Shown in pieces: positions 58,421 through 64,000 of a DNA stretch of 64,000 nucleotides (its first letter is position 1; every line of letters begins with the position of its first letter). The stretch is from assembly GCA_020536535.1 (NCBI GenBank), contig JAHLWZ010000579.1, positions 78,832 to 142,831 on the forward strand, read 5' to 3'. The notes under the pieces were generated by a model, which had not been told where the DNA came from, did no database searches, and saw only the letters and a list, made by a program, of their open reading frames with translations. Source of the stretch: Pelomyxa schiedti. Its lineage: Eukaryota > Protista > Evosea. The position numbers were made by a program, and so were the translations under genes.

Positions 58421-61400
58421 ATGCGTGCGTCCTCCGGTTTCGTTGTGCCGGTTCTTGCTTGCCTTGCGTGGATAATAATACCTCTGATTCTTCTGCAACA
58501 CCCAACTGGCACCAGAGCCCAAGGCAGTGCCGGTCTCAGTGATGATGACACCAGTCAGAGCGCTGGGAGCAGCAGCGGCACCGTCAGCAATTGCTCGTTC
58601 GCGGCCGAGGTCGCTGCGTTGTGTTGGTTTCATGAGAGGTGGCAATTATGGGCCACGGACCCGTGCTCGTTCGAGAGGCCGTGCGAGGACACCTTGTCGG
58701 GTGTCGTGTGTTACATCGACGAACTTAATGTGATTGGCGGTCACGTTCAGTACTTGTGGGTTTCTCTCTCTTTTTTTTTAATTTTGATGGGGAAATAGGG
58801 ACTTGTCAGGCTTGTTGATGCCAGATGAATTTCCTACATGCATTTTTGATTTCTGCTACTTGAAAGTTCTGTGAGTTTCCTTTTTGCTTTATTGCCTTCC
58901 CTTTGTTTGGGGGCTAAAATAGAAGGAACTAGGGATCTGTCTCAAGATGAATTATTCTACTCAATTCCAACTGGAATTGGATCATTAACTTACTTGGTGG
59001 ATTTGTATGATCCCTTCAAACTGGAAAAGGCCATGTGCCTATTTATTCTTGTAGGGACCTCAGCAACAATCAGTTGGCTGGTTCAATCCCAACAGAAATT
59101 GGAAATCTCAGCCAGCTCAGATACTTGTAATTGCTTTCACTTGTGTTTCCAACTCAATTTTGCCAGATTTCTTAATAACAATATCCTGTCTGGAGAAATG
59201 CCAACCAGTTTTGGGCAACTGTCTGGAGTGATGGACATGTATTTTGTGGCTGGAATGCATTCCTTTTAACTTTTGGTCAAGTAATTTGTCTCAAAATTCA
59301 TTGAATGGAGTCCTCCCTGACATATTTCTTGGCATGAGTTTCTTGTTGACATTGTCTGTTCCTCCACTTCCTCTCCTTCTTTTTTTTTTGTCTTACACTG
59401 GCACCAGTGATGTTTCTGTCAATGACTTTAGTGGAGATATCCCGAAATCACTATTCCTGTCCACAGTGCTTCAATACATGTGAGTGCACCAACCATTTGA
59501 TTCTTGCATGCAATCTTACTGTTGTGGATCTCCATTGTAGATTCCTTGCTGACAATGGTTTCTCGGGTGAAATACCCTCAGAAGTTGGTGATCCAAACTT
59601 CCTTTATTCCATGTTTGGTCCACTTTCCCTGGCTTTTCTCACAAGGTGTCAGTGACCTAAGTTCGAATGACCTAACTGGAAGTATTCCTCACACAATTGG
59701 TCAGATGATAGATCTTAATTCTTTGTGTGTCTTTATCCTGCTCTGCTCTAGTTATCCCTTTCTAATTTCAGTTTGCCTTTCTCAGGGACTTGTCAAGCAA
59801 TACATTGAATGGGCAAATTCCAAACGAATTGTTTGAACTTGGATATCTTTACAATGTGTAGTAATCTCCTGGGGGAGTGCAATAGTCCACAATGTATTTT
59901 AACAGAAAAAAAAAGGGATCTGTCGCATAACAAGCTGTCAGGCTCAATACCAACCATAATTGGTGAATTCAATCAGCGGTTCAATATAATGTGCTTGCTT
60001 TCTCCTTTGTTCACACTCAACTTTATTCATATTAACCACGTGATGATAGGGATATTTCGAGCAACCAGTTGCAAGGAACATTGCCAGAATCCGTGGGACT
60101 TCTCTCTCTGCTGATCACTCTGTTGAAATTAATCACCCAAAACATCACCAACTGACCACCTGTGACAGAGATGTTTCTGATAACGAACTGTCAGGAACAG
60201 TCCCTTCCCTTGGTGAGTTAGGTCAGCTCCAATACCTGTGGGTATATTTTGCAACACAAGAATCCAGATCTATCTGACTCCCCACCCAACAAGGAACTTG
60301 CAAGGAAATGGATTTTCTGGAGACCTGCCAAATATCACTTCTCTGTATTTAAGCAGCTTGTATGTCACACAACACACACACACACACACACACACATATC
60401 CAGCATATCATATTTCACACTGAAGAGTGAGCGTCATGCAGGCAATTGGGAAACAATGAGTTCACTGGTGAAATTCCAACACCGTATGGAACATTGACTT
60501 CATTGACTGTCTTGTGAGCACTTTCTTTCTTCTCACGTGTTCCTCCTCCACTTTTGTTGAAAAACAATAATTATTACCCTCGATTCAACCAACAACCAGA
60601 GATTTATCTGAAAACTCGCTCTCTGGTTCAATCCCAGAGTCCTTGGCCAATCTGCACACCCTTTCTAACTTGTGCGTGGTGCATACATAATAATTAATGC
60701 CTTGAAAGTGACCAACAATAACACACACATATACACCAGGGATTTGTCTCTTAACAACTTGAAGGGAACCTTGCCTTCTTCAATTTTCGAGTTGCCCAGA
60801 CTGAAAGAACTGTTTGTGTTATTATTCATTCGTAACTCAGTAAAATTCAACAATATTCTTTTTTTTTTTTTTTTTGTGTAGGAAACTCACTGGAAATGAA
60901 CTGAAGGGCACCATAAGTGAAAACCTTGTCTTCATGTCTTCGTTGTCCACATTGTGTGTGTGGCTTTCTCAGGAACAAACAATTCCAACACAAGCCACCT
61001 GCAGGTTCCTCGACGCAAATATTTTGAATGGGACACTATCCTCTCAACTTCTCAGTTATCTCCAGCACTTGACTTCGTGGTATTTTCGGAAATTCAAACT
61101 AACAGAGTAATAATATCATGTTTTCCTCATGACAGCGACATATCTTCAAACTGTGTTAAATGCTCAGCTCCCTCACCATGTCGTTGCAACTACTCCTACG
61201 ACTCTTCCTTGTGCGACTGTGTGGAAGAAGAACAAAGCAATTGTTATATTTCTGGGAAGTGTTATTCCAACCAGTACCAGGCCATCAGTGATTGCAAAGA
61301 CTCTTGCGATTCTTATCAAACCCAACTGGCATGGTCTCCAGGAGATTGTGCGTGCAGCATCGGGTAATGACCATCATCTCAACTCTTAACTTCCACACAG

Positions 61401-64000
61401 GTTCCACGAGAACAATCATTCTGGCGTGCGGTGTCACAACGGTTGCACTCCTGGCAATTGGTCTGGCTGTTGCGTTTGTGATATTGTGTAAAAAGTACCT
61501 CCTCTCCTTAAATTTTTTCCCATTAAAAGAGCAACCTGACTGTTTGTTGTTCTTTCATCACATCAGAAGGCACAAAAGAAAACTTTCTCAACTGGCCGAT
61601 TTCCATAGAATTTCGTCCATCAACGACACAGGGTGTGTGTGTGTTGTTCAATCTTGCCACTATTTCTTCTTCTTCTTCTCCTCCTCCTTCTCCTTCTCCT
61701 TCTTCTTCTTCTCACTCACAACAAAAAAAAAAAAGGGAGGGTGATTCTATCCTGTTTCCGCTGTCATGCTCCATCCAAAACATTTCATTTGGTGGCGTTA
61801 AACCGTCCATTGATCAGCCTGTCTCAGAGGAATTTGTCATCACAAACCCGACCAAGCAAAGTGTCATGTTTTCTCTTTCTCACACCAAGAGTGAAAAGTT
61901 CAAGTTGGAATTTGAACCAGAATGCGGCACAATCGAACCTGTACGAATGAAATGAAACCCCTCAACAACTCACTCACTCACTCCTCCACCACTCAAACTT
62001 ACAATTTGGCAAAAGGGGAAGTCAGCAGACATAACCGTGAAGATGACCTTCTATTGCACAACAAANNNNNNNNNNNNNNNNNNNNNNNNNNNNNNNNNNN
62101 NNNNNNNNNNNNNNNNNNNNNNNNNNNNNNNNNNNNNNNNNNNNNNNNNNNNNNNNNNNNNNNNNGAATGAAATGAAACCCCTCAACAACTCACTCACTC
62201 ACTCCTCCACCACTCAAACTTACAATTTGGCAAAAGGGGAAGTCAGCAGACATAACCGTGAAGATGACCTTCTATTGCACAACAAAGGCTGACATTCAAA
62301 TAAAAATAGATGCTTTGTGTATGACCTCAACAAACACCTCTTCACAGGCTCATTCCATACATTTCAAAAAAAAATAGTGAAACACAGTCACTGCCATTAT
62401 TACCTGTGTGGGCACATTGACAGTAAGCTGTCAACGAGACTTGATCCTGATGACTGCACACTTACACAGCCTCCAGTGGGAGATGGCAGCTTTGGAACAG
62501 TTTATAGAGGTATTCAGTGAGGCTTCATATCAAATCACCACCAAGAACAAACAAACAAACAAACAAAACAAGGTGTGTGGCGAGGAACTGACGTTGCAGT
62601 CAAGGTAAAAAAGCAAAAGAAAAATTAACCCCCCCCCATTTTCCATTTTGGATACAACTCTCTAAAAAAAGAGCCAAAAAAAAAAAAAAAGGTGTTGAAA
62701 TTTCAAGTTTTGGATGAAGATTCCCTGAGAGAGTTCATGCGAGAAATACAAATGATGGAAGAGATAAGATCGATATACTGCATCAACTTCATTGGTACAC
62801 ACACACTGACCAAAGAAGCAAAATATTATTATCAATATTATCAATTCCTCAGTAATGTGGACTCTTAGGAGCTGTGACCATTCCTGGGAAGTACTCCATA
62901 ATAACGGTTTGTGTGGCGGGTTCTCTCTCTCCTCTCTGCGAGATGTGATGTCTCAAATAATTCTTCTGTTCATATCACCAGGAATTTTGCGAGCACGGAA
63001 GTCTTGCCTCAGTTCTGAAAAAATTTTCACTGTGTTATTGCATGAAGGTGAAAATGGCATGTGATGCAGCCAAAGGTTTTTTTTTTTTTCGACTTCATTC
63101 TTCCTGAAATATATCTCACGAGCGGAAAAAAAGGCATGCACTACTTGCACACCAATGGTATCATTCACAGAGACTTCAAACCAGGTGAGAGAGATTATTT
63201 ATTTGCAGGAATAATATGCATGCACAACTAAGTTTTCTATCACCACCAGACAACCTTCTCGTGTGTTCCCTGTTGATTGATTCCCCTGTGAGCTGCAAGC
63301 TTACTGGTAGGTATACTGGTTCTTATTTAAAACAAAAAAAAACCCACACACATCACACACAAAAAAAAAAAAAGTTGAAAAAACACCCCCTCATCAAACA
63401 AATCTCCATCATAGATTTTGGGACAACCCGCGAGATAAACGAAAATTCGACCACTCAAAAGTAACATACATCTCATCCATCCCCCATTCTTCTTGGAAGA
63501 ATAATAATGATAAATAATAAACAATAATAATAAAATGGCAGGTATACAATGGGAGTTGGCACATTGATGTACCTTGCCCCTGAGTTGTTGTCGCCTGACA
63601 AAGCCGACGCACACTACGATAAGTCATGCGATGTATTTGCGTAAGTAAAATAAATAAATAAAATAAAAACATATACCACCATCCCCCCCACGCATTTTTG
63701 CCTTCTGACAGCAAAACACAAGATATGGTGTCACCTTGTTCGAACTCTTTGTAGAAGGGGACTGTTACCCACCGGAACAATTCCGCAGTGTTATCAGTAC
63801 CGCTTCCCTTTCCCTTTTTATTTGCCCACTCATTGTGCCGAATAGATGTTGCACAGTTCATACTGGCTGGAAAGGTCAGTTTTGTTTGTTTGTTTGTTTG
63901 TTTGTTTGTTTGTTTGTTTGTTTGTTTGTTTGTTTGTTTGTTTGTTTGTTTGTTTGTTTGTTTGTTTGTTTGTTTGTTTGTTTGTTTGTTTGTTTGTTTG
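58421..64000 (+). CDS. LRR receptor kinase: signal peptide, LRRs, Cys-rich module, TM, MSP-like domain, TKL kinase (3' end runs past the window)
   Basis: N-cap DPCSFERPCEDTLSGVVC and many roughly 72-nt LRR exons. TM ILACGVTTVALLAIGLAVAFVIL, MSP-like SFGGVKPSIDQPVSEEFVITN, then GDGSFGTVYRG, VAVK, HRDFKP, IDFG and GTLMYLAPE. Confidence 0.9.
60372..60396. repeat. (CA)n microsatellite in an intron
   Basis: Directly visible. Confidence 0.9.
61945..62286. other. Scaffold gap (100 N, 62066-62165) flanked by an identical 121-bp duplication (61945-62065 = 62166-62286)
   Basis: The same sequence (gaatgaaatgaaacccc...gcacaacaaa) occurs on both sides of the N run. Confidence 0.95.
63881..64000. repeat. 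(TTTG)n microsatellite, at least 30 copies, intronic
   Basis: It follows the donor AG|GTCAGT and runs to the window end. Confidence 0.95.

Noticed and set aside
61945-62286. 121-bp direct repeat as a target-site duplication or tandem exon duplication
   Set aside because: Identical copies abut a 100-N placeholder, which is typical of unmerged overlapping contig ends.
63881-64000. (TTTG)n as a telomere
   Set aside because: It begins just after a splice donor within an unfinished kinase gene, and short aaac/tttg runs occur in other introns here. It is best read as an intronic microsatellite.
1-64000. tRNA, rRNA, CRISPR arrays, transposons
   Set aside because: I saw no cloverleaf or rRNA-like segments, spaced repeats, transposase/reverse-transcriptase motifs or terminal repeats by eye. 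Small ncRNAs cannot be excluded without covariance-model searches.

Overview
Compact, intron-rich eukaryotic genomic DNA with about 25 protein-coding genes. Introns are mostly 35-100 nt and intergenic spacers are often under 300 nt. The gene content points to an amoebozoan (Shk-type kinase-SH2, Dictyostelium-type P2X, MrfA/MYRF, RWP-RK, LRR-MSP-TKL receptor kinase). An archamoeba such as Pelomyxa is my inference from family styles, not from a database search. I reconstructed exons by hand from splice signals and remembered family motifs, so gene boundaries are approximate. Most notable: (1) a textbook U12-type AT-AC minor intron at 10218-10269 whose removal restores a kinase activation segment; (2) a GPH/MelB-type MFS transporter fused in frame to an alkaline-phosphatase-superfamily phosphodiesterase; (3) a beta-helix/MSP/pseudokinase/beta-helix/RLK-Pelle-like tandem kinase; (4) a MYRF-like factor with an S74 autocleavage domain and a TM anchor reached through a GC-AG intron; (5) an 'HxRCG' motif shared by three otherwise unrelated genes, including an atypical Rho GTPase. 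I recognised no rRNA, tRNA, CRISPR array or transposon. There is a 100-N scaffold gap with a duplicated flank at about 62.1 kb.
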